DNA of 64,000 nucleotides. Source: Callorhinchus milii (lineage: Eukaryota). The stretch is from NCBI RefSeq assembly GCF_018977255.1, contig NW_024704742.1, forward strand, positions 23,314,001-23,378,000. Reading direction: 5' to 3'. Position numbers and translations under genes: made by a program. Below, in pieces: positions 40,746-54,180 of this stretch (positions are counted from its first letter, which is position 1; each line of letters begins with the position of its first letter). The notes beneath the pieces were generated by a model. That model ran no database searches and had not been told where the DNA came from. It saw nothing but the letters and a program-made list of their open reading frames with translations.

Positions 40746-40914
40746 GCAATATGACCTGATTTGATTCGAATCTCTGTAATGTAACCCAGAAATTTATTTG
40801 CATTTTTTTTTATTGGTGCAAAACACTGTTCTGACAATATCATAGATTTGTCCAGTAATAACCCCTAAACCTTCTTCTGTTTTATGGTGCATTCAGGCTA
40901 ACTGAAAATCAAAA

Positions 40915-41370
40915 GCCTAGCTCAGCAGTAGCATTCTCGTATGCGAAGAAGAAGGTTGTGGGTTCAAGCCCAAAGTTGGGACTTGAAATCACATAGTCTC
41001 AGCTGACACTCCAATGCAGTGCTGGGGGTGTGCTGTGTTGTTGAAGGTGACAATTTTCAGATGAGATTTAAAACCGAGGTCTCATCTGGCTGTTCATGAG
41101 GACGTTAAAGATCCCATGGCACTATTCAAATAGAGGAGGGAGTTTCTGCTGGTGTCCTGATCAATAAATCCCTCAAATAAAATTGGTCACTCACTCCATC
41201 GCTGTTTGTGGGACACTGCTGTGCACAATTGGCTTCTGCAATTCGCCTACAAAATATACAGTAAATACACTTTGTATTTTGCAAATACACTTTAAGGTAT
41301 AACCTGTGAAGCCCTTTGAGATGTCTCACTGATGTGATAAGATGCTGTATCAAATGCAAGGATTATTATA
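40915..41370 (+). mobile_element. Full-length Deu-domain SINE (SacSINE1/AmnSINE1-like): tRNA head, Deu core, L2-type tail
   Basis: A box tagctcagcagtag and B box gggttcaagccc. Deu core cagatgaga..taaaaccgaggtc...taaagatcccatggcactatt. Tail caaatgcaaggattatt. Confidence 0.88.
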
Positions 41371-43939
41371 AAATAACCCATTCCTTAACTTGATTGAATT
41401 CTTCCTCGCTATTTGCTCTATTTTGGTGTTTTCCACAAACCGGGCTGCCCTTGTTCAAATCACATAAACATTAAAAAAGCAGGGATCTCAAACCAACCCA
41501 CTGTGGTAATCCACTTACAATTTCAAGATTTAAGTTTCCATGAATAGTTACCCTCCATTTCCTGTTTTGAATTCATTTTTTAATCAGAACGAGACCCAGT
41601 TCAATAGTCCTTACGTTGCCCATTAACTGCCAATGTAGATCTTTGTCAAAAATGTTCTTAAGATCCATCAAATGTATGATGTCAAATATCAGTAATAGTT
41701 CCAAAGAATTCCAGTTTGGTAAAATATGAACTCTCTCGCCTCCTGAATCCTTGATGAACAAATTATCCAAATTTCAAAGGTTTTCTCTCAAATGGTGTTA
41801 AACATAGTACATTGTCTCGGAGTATCTCCTAGCTATTTTATTAAAAATAGGAATCATTTCAATTGTTTAGGTTTTCTTGGGAAAGTAATTTACTGTAGAA
41901 TACCTGTATAGTGTACCAACAATAATCTTTTAGTTAACAAAAACATTCCCTTGTTCTCACCCTATTCTCAAGAGGGCAGCCAGACCTACTTCCCAACTTG
42001 ATTATTAAACAGTCGCTAGGAACTGTACTAGAACAGTATGAGCTGACTTAACTCTCTCTGGGGTAAATATCTTGCATCTGGTTCGCCACCTTTCCCAGAT
42101 GGCCCAGCTTGAGACTCATCTGAGGAAAATGCAGGGGAATAACCCATGTTCCACCTCGTCCACGCATTAGCTTCCCAAAATGTATTTGATATTGTGAAGA
42201 ACTCATTTATACTCCTGTTCCAGTACATAAATTAATGGTTATGATGCTTCATTGAAATGATCCTTATTTAAAAAAAGCATGATCCAACTTGATTTCAAAT
42301 TTGGCGTTCATAAGAAACGTGCAGATTTTGAAACAATGGGGGTGAATTGTGTTAATATTTAGAAAATATTCTTACTGCTTTGCTCTCAGTTTAGTAAATA
42401 TTTATGATATAATTTATACAATGTAATCTCAGTGAATTAGATAATAGCAAGGCTAGCAAATTCTAAGTACAACAAAGAGCATATATGTGCCCGCAGGAGA
42501 AAAAGCTCCAAATAAAGAAAAGGTTTCATTGTGTGCACTAGCAGGCTATCACAAACCATTATTCACCATAAACAATTCACACATAACGACAGAATAAATT
42601 CTGCATCCTTGGTCTCATTTCACTAAAATAACAAAAGGTATAGAGAATATATCTTTTCTTAATGGCCAAATAATCTAGTCCCCAAGGCAAATTGACTGGA
42701 AGAAATAACTTACCTGCAACACAAATTAAAAAACATTGATACTAAAAAGCAAAGGCACTAGCTGTGTAACGCATCAAATATTTATTCAAACCTCTTTGTA
42801 GTGTTGTCTCCCGCATGCAGATCAAACATACTAGGCTTTACTAAAAGATGGTATTTGCACCAGGTTACATATGCAACATTTAAAAAAAACCATATGAATA
42901 AATTTTACAGATTTTAATAAAGTAACATGATTGTCATTCTAACACACACTATCAACACGAATTTCACACAGCGTGTAGTTAATTAATGTTGTGTGCTGCA
43001 GCTCTGACCCGGTGGTGTACAATCTATAATTATACATCCTCCTATATATCATCTGCTCTCAGCTATGGTTTCATACAGAAGACAGGCAGCTGCAACACAA
43101 TATCCCCGCTCAACCTGAAGACCATCTGACTTTAATTGTAGCACACAGCTTGATGTAGCTCTGGTCATTTGAAGCCAAAGTATCACACCGTAATAATCTA
43201 TACGGCAGGAGCCTGCCAAGTTGGGGCTATAAACACTGGCTTGGGCTGTCTGGCTCTGTGACGGGCTGCAGGAAATATGATTAATGAGTATGGTATAATG
43301 ATATCAGGAACCCGATTAGCACCACAAAAGGTCATAGATCAAAGTAGTGTGCATTTCATGAACTGCAATCATTGTGTAAATTTTTATTGGCAGATAGAAT
43401 TAAACCAAAGAGTTAAAATCTGTGTGTCTGTTTATTTTCCAGAAAAGGTACAGAGGTAAATGCAAGTAATCTTTGCTTATGACCTGATATCTTGAAAATC
43501 TGTAAAGAAGAGACCTGTGCAACATGCACAAATATCTACCTTCTCCGCACACACCGAGAGAATGTTTAAAGAACATTCTGGAAACCGTTCAGAATTGCAG
43601 TCAAAATATTGTGCACAAAAAGGAACACGAGACATGCCAATGTCATTGCAAAACAAAAAAAAATCTTTGCTCATTGTTTAGAAGGCTTACACAGAGGATA
43701 TTTGGCAATCACCAATGGGATAAGACAAGCATGCAATGAGGAAATCGAACTTCAGAACCAATGAGTGTTGAAGTCAGGAATTGGTCATGGCGGTCATGTT
43801 TATGAGCGGTATAAATATCGTAAACCATATAAATGTCTCAGTGCTAACACTGCCATTTTACCACTGCTACAGACACTGCACTACACCTGACACAAGATGG
43901 CTTTCAATACAATCCTTTGCCACATTAACCCTTACCATG

Positions 43940-44082
43940 CTAGGCACAAATTTGCAATTGGCTGCCATGTTTCGCCCACAAATATAGTCAATTCACTTTA
44001 CAGTCTATTCTGTGAAGCGCTTTGAGACGTTTAGAAGACGTGAAAAGCGCTATATCAAATCCAAGAATTATTATTATTATTA
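43940..44082 (+). mobile_element. SINE 3' part
   Basis: caattggctgcc...gtgaagcgctttgagacg...(att)n. Confidence 0.85.
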
Positions 44083-44319
44083 CCCAGTGGCAACCCCTTG
44101 AGATTTGTAGCATTTTTGTAACATTTCTTTCAAGCGTGAGGCAGGAACGGAGAAGGAAACCTTTCAAGCTACTTTTCAGAAAATATAAAATAACAGTTAA
44201 AATAGAAGTAGGGGACAGAGAAGTAGAGAATCGAAAAATAGGGAAAAAAATAATTTCCATTTCAAAAAATATATATACACTTTGTTTGGCAAATGAATCT
44301 TCAATCTTTTCTCCTCCAA

Positions 44320-44660
44320 ATTTCTCCCTTTCTGAAGCTGAGGTAAAGTTCCTCAGGCACCAACAACACCTTGGTCAAGTGGACCTCCTCACATGTGAAT
44401 CTGGACAACCTATTTCAGCAGTGGCAGTGAATTTCGACAGCCTATTTGTCCATAGGTGGCAACAAAGCTGAGACTGACCCCCTCCTCATTCAATATTTGA
44501 CAAACACTCCCAGAGATCACTAGATAGTAATCAGAAGCAGAGACCTGTGCAGATTATTTACTCCCTAATCTAGGGGTGCGGAAGCCAATTATCGTCAGTC
44601 TACTACCACTCTGTTTGAGATCAATTTACTGAGCTCAGACTGGTGATGAACATGGGGCCT
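44320..44660 (-). mobile_element. AmnSINE2-like SINE, near full length and diverged
   Basis: Collinear similarity with 62243-62550 and 63570-63915 (caagtgg.c, tcact.gatag, gccaatt, gagatca...ctcag). Confidence 0.6.
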
Positions 44661-47103
44661 TAGTCAAAACATAATTACATTTATTCGCAAATCTGCAAGA
44701 TGGGAATTAAATGGACAAAACGTATATCACCGTATCTTCTGAATATAAAGCAATTCTCACAAAAATACGTATTCTCGTGGCCCTTATCAACCTCCTCCTC
44801 TCTCCCAATCTTTTTTCATCAGGACAGTGACCCTTTAACCTATCAAGATGGCACATTAGTGTTTACAGATGCACACTGTAAAAACAACTCTCAGTGCTCA
44901 CATTTGGGAAAGTAGGCCATTGGCGAAGACAAGAAAATCAAGTAACAACTTTGATGAAAATCCTCAAAAGCAGTTCTAATAGAGCCAACTCTACATTTAG
45001 AGTTAGATTTCATCCCAGTGGCTCCTGACACACTGTTCCAAAAGTAAACCAGTGAAGTGTGAAGAAAATGTTGCATTGTAATACAACAACAATAATAACT
45101 TGCACTTATATCGTGGGCAGCAATTTAGTGGGGAAAAATGGATGGACAGTGATCATCATGACAAAACAGTGCAGAGGGTCAAATAAAGATAAAACTCCAA
45201 CAATATGAAATCTCTGCACTTCATTCCATGTTCATAAAATAATCATCTCTTCCAGTAGTGTCATTTAAGGTTCAATTCTGCAATTAACCAGTAGCACAAA
45301 TCTTTACACTGTCATTCTGCTCAGTGTCTCTATGCTGCTTAAAATGACATGCATACACATATGTGTTAGTTAGTGAAGAGTGGGCCACTGATTTACATCT
45401 AGAGGTGTAAGAAAAGAGAATTATTTTGGTGTCAACAGACTCTACTAGACATGGAGGAACACTCTTGTCCTTTCATTTCATGATAAATCTGGGATAATAA
45501 AGTACTGTGCTCTCCCCCAACATTTACTTTTGAATGTAACCAGAATGACCAATAACCATCAGAAAGACTTCAAACATTGCAATTTCATACTAGGAATTTA
45601 CTTGCTGCTGCTTATAGCTTGTAGAGCAAAAATTATCATTGAACTTGGCTTCAACCAATCTCGTGCCCCAAACCACGGCTGGGATCAAACCTCTTTCTTT
45701 GCAGAAAATGGGCATATTCCATATTTTCTTTGTGTTGTCTCACTTGCCTTCACTTGTCCTGATGCATTTATCCATTGCAAATGATTTTTGCTGGAATTCA
45801 TTTCTTTCAGCTAAATGGTGTGATCCCCATGAAATATAAACTCGTTTAGCTTCCTAAATTAAGGATTTTCTTATTAGTTCAATAAATCTAACTCCCCTTG
45901 ATAGAATATTGCAGAATTTTGTATTATTATTCTTTCTCATGATACAGAAGTATAGTTTAACAAGAATATCTACGTTCTAGGTATAGGTAAATGAAAAACA
46001 CGTGGGTGCTCCCATGCAGAGGTTTAAAAAAACTCAGTACTCAAAGCTTTGAAGTAAATTCCACAGACATTCTTTCAATAATGATGACAATTATTTACTG
46101 TCATACACAGACCGAAGCGATCACCACAAAACCCGACCACATGCCGTCATTCTTATCCATTCATTAGTTCACTCAATTGAAAAACAGTGTCAAGCAAACA
46201 AATCGCTGTATTTAAAAATATCTACTTGGAAACATGAAGAAAACATAACACTTGACCTCCTTACACTGACAAACACTAAGAACTTATGCAAAACATTTAT
46301 TCTGTTTTAATTAATTTTGCCAAAATTCCCAATTTATTACAATTTTCTCTTTTTCCCCTTTCTCACAAAAACACAAGGCTGTTCAGCAGCCAAATGAATA
46401 GTTTGCCATATCATGTTCTTAAGTAACATCCTGGAAGGAAGGGAAAGGAGGGGAGGAATCAGAAATATGAGGTCAGATGGAGCCTCTCAAAGGGGACTCT
46501 GATGGCACACAGATGCTCTCCAGAAAACACTTGCAGTAGCTGAAAATTTCTCAGAAGCTCGTAAGCCATCTTCTTTCTGGGGTTCTAGTGCAAGCACTGT
46601 TCTGCACTGACATCGGAACAGGTGTTTCAAGTGGACAGACTACTCAGTTCTCAAGTCAACAAAAAGAATACTAAGCCAAGTAAGAAAAATTTGGTGATGT
46701 GGACTTCAAGACTTGGAAAACTAACAGCATCCAATCCTATATCAACTAACCCGATGGGAGTTTTAACAACTGCATTTTGACATTGAAGGTTTCCAATTTC
46801 CACCTTAGTGGATTTTTTAACATTCACAAAATAAGCTGAATAAAGATTAAGTTTGCCTTTTATATGTTGCTGTAACAGACCTCAATGTAAATAAAACTTC
46901 TTGAGAGAAATAAGTCAAATGCACACCAGCACAGGACACTATCCCATAAAGAGCAAAGCTTGAAGCTTTCCTTTTGAGCATTTCTATAATGCTGTTTTTT
47001 GTAACTTTTCTACTAGATGTCAATATTCTAGGTTGTGCACTATTGTCTCTCATCAAGAAACTTACACTTGATCAACATTACAGAAAAAAAATACATCTCT
47101 TAC

Positions 47104-47256
47104 CAGTCTATTTATACGAATAAACTCTTCTGGAGCTTTGGCCCATGGCGGAAGTTCTACATCCGAGACTACAGTTCCATCATCCATCACGCCCAGATTG
47201 TAATTGTTTGAATTGACAAACATCTCCGGAAGATAATAAAATTCAGGAATCAGCTC
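47104..47256 (-). CDS. LRBA: LRBA BEACH-domain exon, 153 nt: ELIPEFYYLPEMFVNSNNYNLGVMDDGTVVSDVELPPWAKAPEEFIRINRL
   Basis: Lies within track ORF 47062..47283. Contains ELIPEFY and LPPWAK BEACH motifs. Acceptor ttacacag, donor CTG|gtaaga. GVMDDGTVVSDVELPPW is LRBA-type. Confidence 0.97.
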
Positions 47257-50200
47257 CTGTGTAAGAAATAAATGATCATCCATTTTACTAAAGCCAGACT
47301 ACTTTATCATAACCAATTTACTGTTGATATATAAATATGTCAAAATTATTAAAATTCATAAACATAAACTTTTCAATTTAAGTAACCAATCATACTATAT
47401 TAAGAGGTGCTCATTTTAATAATTTAAATCCTGGGAGGTGATCAAATCTTTGTTAACGGTTGTGAACTCAGTTTTTGAGCACTAAAGGAATTTACCAATT
47501 GCTATTTCAATAGAATGGACTCCTCCAGTTCAACAAAGATGTATTTGAAAACAGTTTAGTAAATATATCCACTTTCACAAGAATATGTGAACGTTGCTTC
47601 ACTGTAGTGTTCAGTGCATTATTGGCAAACATTTACACAAAATACACAGAAAAACACGAAAAAAAGATTGTTGAGGAGCCTGTGCCAAATTAAGCGAGAA
47701 CCATCAATACTAGGAAAATATTAAATCGTCAGAAAACATGGTCATTAGTGAATCTAAGCCAGCAATCCATTTGACTTCGGATTATTAATATAAATTATTT
47801 TGAAGGAAAAAANGAGAAAACAAGGTACATTACTTGGGTCAAAAATAACTAGGAGTTCAACCAATCATAACTAGGAATTTGGAGGTAAAAAGGAAGTGAC
47901 ATAATTCAAGTTGTAATACACTGTACTCAGAGGGTTCTAAATCAAAGCATGAGAACTTAAAGATACTCTGGTGGTACATCTGCTACCTCTAATAAGGCTA
48001 TTTTGTCAGAAGTCGTCAAATTACCAGGAAGAACACCACAACATTTTTCCATAGTTATGGACCTGCGCCATATTTTTATGACTTGTCATGTTTATCGAGA
48101 GATTGAACAGTTTGATATCATATTTCACCCTAGCTAACCCATTAAAATGTCCACCTTCTACAGGCTCTGCTAATATTTTATTTCAGTGTCAAGCATTAAA
48201 TTATAGAAGATGGTCTCTCTTTGCATAAACTAAAATCGGCACAAAATACCTAACCATTCTTTTTTAAAAAAGCATGTGCATCTAGTTTTAGCTGCGTTTT
48301 CTGAAGGATATAAAAGTTTATGCTACTTTGGTCATCTAAAGTATTGGTAAAAAATGTGAAACATGAATAATTTTCACATGCCCTTTCAAAACACACACTG
48401 TGACCTATAATTGAGAACAGAAAACACAAATTAAGTTTGTCTATTTAATTGACTGCACAAAGCAACAATTAACTACTGTATTGTTGTGCAACGTGCAGTA
48501 ATGTTATTAGTTACTATGGAATATAATGCAATTCCATATTAATAACTTAGTTTTCCTGTTTTATCCCTTAAACACTTTTAAAGCCCTTCAACGTTTACCC
48601 TTCCCTACTTCACTCACTGTGATCTTACATCTAAATTATCTCACGCATTCCTGGCTAAAACAATTAAGTGTGTTGTAGGCTATTCTAGCAACCACAAACA
48701 AAATAGGGTTAACGCACATAATTACTGCAGGATCTGAAAATCACAGCAAGTGCCTGGTGAAAAATTTGTCCGACTCTTAACAAGCACGAACCCATGCCAT
48801 TTAACAAGCAGAAAAAACATAGGCCAGTCTGATGGCTATTATGTGCAGTGGCCCTATGCAGCCATGTCAGAAGCAAGTGGCTCCAATCTAAATCCCTTGT
48901 TCGTATGGGTCAGTAGATCAGTGGTTCCTGGGCACCCCTTTGGGCCACTTTCAACAGCAACAGCCGTCCAGACAACTGACAGCAACAGAATGGGTCATCA
49001 GATGCTGAGCAAGGTCAGGTTAGAGCAGTCAATGCAGAAACATCAAGGATCAAGAAAGGACTTAAAGTTGTTATCACTTCTATCCTCCAATAGACCCTGT
49101 ATACTATAGTAGTGAAGATCCTTCAGAATGAATTTTCAGATTGGACTAATCTGATAAAAAGGTGAGGCTTTTAGTTCATCTAAACTCAGCAGGATTTTTG
49201 TTATATGAAAAACTAATTATCACTGGATCAATTCACTGAACTCAGAAGACAACATTAGAATTTTTGTAAAAAAAACTCTTGTTTGCACTACAGGATTTAT
49301 GAGACTGATATTTATGGTGATATAATGCCTCAATCTACTGAGAACACAATCACAAGGTCACACGTTTTTCCTTCAAAAATGTATCATCATAACATTATTT
49401 TTGCAGGTCAGATTTATGACGTATACATACACTGCATTACTTGTGTTTCAATTATATAAACCAACTGTTTCCTTCTATTCATTAAGATTGCCTTTGTAAA
49501 AAGCCGAAACACTGTTCAATATTTTACATATGTTGTTTGAAAAATGTTACACTTAAAAAGCCTTATTAAATAACCAGATGTTATACTCACAATTACTTAT
49601 AAAAAATAAACACACCTGATGAATACATTTATCAGGGTTGACAAGGCCAAAGTCACAGAATAACTTTTGACAATACTCATTGTTAAGGTTGCACTGGACA
49701 GTTAGTAATATAGGCAGACAAGGTCATTTAGAACAAAAAGAATCCTTAGATTTCAAAATTGTTTTCGTATTTCGATTGCACATATTACATTTGTTTATTA
49801 TTACTATAACATAGAACAGGTTTGTCAGATATTAGAGATACAAGATCATTCAATTCCTCACAAATTATGTGGTTAACTGAGAACTATTGGTTGGTCGTGG
49901 AAGTCAAAGTATGTAACTGTTATAAAGGTAAAAGTAAAATGGGGCCAAACCCCTGAGGTTGTTGGAAAATAAACTGAGAGTAACTTGAATGTTGGTGCTT
50001 AAGAATTTCACTGATGCCTTTTAACAGTCTCCAAGCATTGTCCGGTGCTTCAACAAATTAAGGTAAATGTTCATGTTTCTTTTACTTTTGTTAAGATAAA
50101 CAATTGGAATTACTCAAATGTGCAAATAGCAAATGTGTTGGAAGCCATAATAACAAAAGCTAAAAACAAATGGTGGGAGAGAAGGGAGATATTTTGAGGG

Positions 50201-50544
50201 GCAGAGAAGTGAATTTGCTTCTTTAAAAAGATCCTTGCACCTAAAGAAAATCACAATTTACATTTACATAGCGCCCTTCATGTTGAGAAGACGCCTCAAG
50301 GCAATGGAAATGCAACTGGAAGCCGAGGGTGGTGGGCAGACAGCAGATAAAGCTCATTGTTAACAAAATAAACCAAGAATTTTTTTGATTTAAAGAGGAA
50401 AGAACATCTATCAAGAGGGAGTATTTTTTGTTTAAAATACTCCCACCAATGCATGAAGATTTCTTTTTAAAAATCTATGCTTTACTTGTAGCGAGGTATT
50501 GTCACTTTTCCAAATTCAAAAATAAATAAAATAATAAGAATAAT

Positions 50545-51002
50545 TTGGTCACTCAATCCACGACTGTTTGTGGTACACTGCTGTGTGGAATTGGCTGCTG
50601 CGTTTTTTCTACAAAATATACAGTCAATCCACTTTACAGTATATTCTGTGAACGCTTTGAGATGTCTCAAAGATGTGATATGGTGCTACGTCAAATGCAA
50701 GGATTATCATTATTATTTCCTGAGAATGTTCTTCTCCATTCCAGTTTGCTGATGTACTATATGTTATGGCATGTATCAACATGTGCCCTAGATCAGCTCC
50801 ATTGAGTTTTGGACCAGGGTCGGTGACAACCCAGAGCTACCAGAGTCAAGGAAGTAACAGTACAGAATAAGTATTCTTCCAGTTTCTCTTGTACTATATT
50901 TCACCCACAAAATACAGTCAATCCACTTTGCAGTATATCCTGTGAAGCGCTTTGAGATGTCTCAACGACGTGATAAGGCGCTATATCAAATGCAAGGATA
51001 AT
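50545..51002 (+). mobile_element. Two SINE 3' parts (50545-50716 and 50900-51002)
   Basis: Same body and tail as 6491-6660, in plus orientation. Confidence 0.85.
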
Positions 51003-53624
51003 TTACTCCATGTTCCCTGGATCAGCCAGCTTGCACTTGGCACTCTGTCCAAAACGTCTGTCTGTATTAGACACCGCTTGAAAGTCAAGAGGGCACCAAC
51101 CTGTAAAACGTGTATAGCTGGTGTAAAATATATTCTACCAACAGACAGCCCAGGTTTTGTTCAGTGACATATTTATCGGGGTGTTATTTCTATAGGACCC
51201 AGCTAGCTTGGATTTTTTGGCTCTTTTCATAGTGAGTAAGCATTCCACGCCATCAGAACGAATCAGCATTCACCTCAGTTTTAAACAGAGCAGGAAGAAA
51301 TTAAATATTGATTTCGACACTGGGGCATCTATTCTATAACTTGTGTAAACTATATGTTTACACAGAGAGAATTACAGATGCTCTTAAATATGCAATTAAT
51401 GACAAATGGAAAGAATTATAGAATGACCCTTGTGATTAGCTGTGACCAGGTGAACAGATAGTTTTTCCTTATTTAGTCCATCCCTAGTAAATTTGACATG
51501 GTCATTAGTATACCATTACATCAAGTGGGAGATATAAAATGTTTTCAAAATTGAGATCATCTCTCAGATTCTTGGTCTGATTGATTTATCAAGGAGCATG
51601 GCTTGTTTTTGACTACATCCTTGCTGGTAGGAATTGCAGCATTGTGGTAAGGTTTGCAGAGCAGTTGGAATTCTAACTGCTTACAATTTCATTATCTGAC
51701 GATAACATTTCTTCCTAAACAGTCTGTGTGAAATAAGGAATCTAACTGAACAATTTCGTAGCATGAAAGGCTCACCCAGCTAGGACTGTCCTATTTGTTA
51801 AGTTGGAGGGTTGCGAAATATATTTACACCTCATTCACCATAGAGTAACTGCGCTTTGACAAGCGTGTCTCCTCAGAAGAGGTTCAGCCCCATGGAGACT
51901 CTGCTTACATTCCCTCTCAAGATGTAGGAATTCCAAATAGCTATGAAATAAATTCTGCTTCCTATAAAAAGGTTTTGTTTGGATTTGCTATCTATAAGGA
52001 AGGGGTTTTCATGTTCGTGTTTGCGAGATTTAGTCATCCGGGCTTTTACTCTGCTTTAAGTCAAATAAAGTGAAATTGGGTAGTGTAACAACATACAGGA
52101 GGTTAACAGATATCTGTTTCAGAAGACAAGGATGTATATTCTGCAATATTGTTTCCTTATGGCTTTTTATTTTATCTCAGCCTCTATCTTCAGGATCTTG
52201 CTGGTATTGTCTCATGTTCCAAAGGGACAGACCATTGAATATGATAGTTATAACTTTGGCATTGATTAAACTGCAGACCCATCTGCTTGGAGAATGTGCA
52301 TTTAATGTTGATACCTCCTCTTCTTTCTTATCCTCTGCCAAGATCTACACCTATTGTAAACTTGTGAGGCTAGAGGAAAGCAATCACATGTCATAGTCAC
52401 TGATGCTGTCTATCTACAGAAGGTAGTTTTATGTTCCCAACTTTGGCAAAATAGTTAGTGTTGTGAGAATGGCACTACCAGAATTACATCAGTGGGCTCA
52501 TGATTAACTAAAGGGTTAGGCGTTTCTAATTCTGCTGATTAACACAATACATTTTAGTGAAAAAACAATTATCTTTAATTGAATATATATTCAGATCGTG
52601 GATTAAGGATAAAAAAATTCTTGAGAACAAAAGCCTAAAATAGACAATGTACTGACTAAAGGAAAATATGAACGTGTCTCTTCCTCACAGGGGCGATCAA
52701 ATGCAACTCGTGTGAATAACAGGAGCAAAGGAACAGAAAATGCTTAAACCCTGTGTGTGGGAGGTGGAGGAAAAGAAAGATTAAATAGGACATGGAAATG
52801 GGAAATCACAGGAATTAGGACTAAAGCCTCTTAAAGGGACAGGCGGTTTCTGACTGACACACTAATTGCTTGACTGACTCATGGGATTGTTGAGGATAAC
52901 TAATGAAGATAAACTGGTGGTTCTTAATGAGACCAACATCTTTTGCTTCGTTTTCCAGGCCACACTATGCATAATTATTTGAAGTGATCTATTCCATTGA
53001 AAATTCATGTTCAGCAAATAGTAGCTGAATAAAAACAGCAAGAGCAGAAAGTGGAAGATTAATTGTCAGGTCAGGGACCAGCAGTAACTCTTGGGCACAC
53101 AAAAGTGAAGCCAGTCAGCATGAAGGTGCTTTAAGACTTTATAGATTAATGTTACTGCATCTACCTCTGACCTCCCTTGTCTTTGCTCTTCCTAAAATAA
53201 GTCAAAGTTTAAATGAAGATATGGATGTTGTGTGAAACAAAATGTGCACTAGGTTGGGTATGTACAATTTAAACAAGCGATTAAGGGTGAAAGGTGTACT
53301 AATAATTTGTTCTAGTACCTCAATTAATATATTACTCTATTTTATTTCAGAATATGTCGTAATGTTTCAAATTTGTAAAGCCCTGAGGAACTTCTAGAAT
53401 CCAATAGAAAGTCGTGACTGGACCAGATTGGATCAGAATAAACCAAACTGAATATCAGGCAAGACCTTCATCAACGATTTTCAGTCAATCATTCCTGAAG
53501 GATGAGAGGAAAGAGAACAATGGAGATTTTGTTTTTTTAAATTCCATATTGAGCAACACTTTTAATTTAGTGGTGAGGCAGAACAAAAAGGGAACATTCT
53601 GACACCTACAAATGAAAAGTTGTT

Positions 53625-54180
53625 CAACAACAATTTACATTCAAAATGGGGGGGACGTCTTAAAACGCTTTGCACAACCGACCAGGAGTCCAGGGGGGTG
53701 GTAGGGTAGGCCGAGACAGGTCTTAAAGCAGATTTTGAAGGTAGGGAGGGAATAGGCAAAGGTGGGACTCCAGGATGGGGTTCCAAGAGAAAGAGTTAGA
53801 ATGGGTGAAAGCTTGTCCATCTAATGTAGAGTGGTGCAGGCTGACAGCGTGATGCTGAGCAATATTTGTTGATCAGAGAGCACGGTCGAGCAGTAGGATT
53901 ACAAGAGATCACTGAGGTTGGGTGTGATGAGACTATTGAGGCATTTGAAAACGAGGATGAGAATCTGGAATTCGATCTGTTGAGCGATAGGGGGTCAGCG
54001 GAGCCGAGCAAGAATGCAGGTAATGGGCTCACGGATACTATACATTGTGTGGCTCCGCTTTCCCTTGAATGCCAAGTTCAGTACCAGATTTCAAAACAAA
54101 TCTTCAACTGTCTAGTACCTTGAGATGTCCTCCCGACTTGAAAGGTGGTATACAAATGTAATTTGTTGTTGTTGTTGTGT
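53625..54180. mobile_element. Degraded minus-strand L2 3' fragment (53625-54030) followed by a plus-strand L2 tail (54110-54180)
   Basis: G-rich L2 antisense pattern resembling 40085-40745, then gagatgtcctcccgacttgaaagg...(ttg)n. Confidence 0.7.

Larger units (their letters stand above)
39700..41960 (-). mobile_element. Old CR1 LINE (RT region to 3' end) interrupted by L2 and SINE insertions
   Basis: Peptides SEQC...KKNANKFLGYI (ORF 40658..40843) and DIIHLMDLKNIFDKDLH (ORF 41573..41770, degenerate D.IYLDF.KAFDKVPH). A degenerate GVPQGSVLGP occurs near 41480-41515. Confidence 0.8.

Noticed and set aside
44022..44471. 149-aa ORF, and similar ORFs at 23436, 23540, 38325, 40180 and 40447
   Set aside because: They run through SINE or L2 sequence and are repeat-derived frames.
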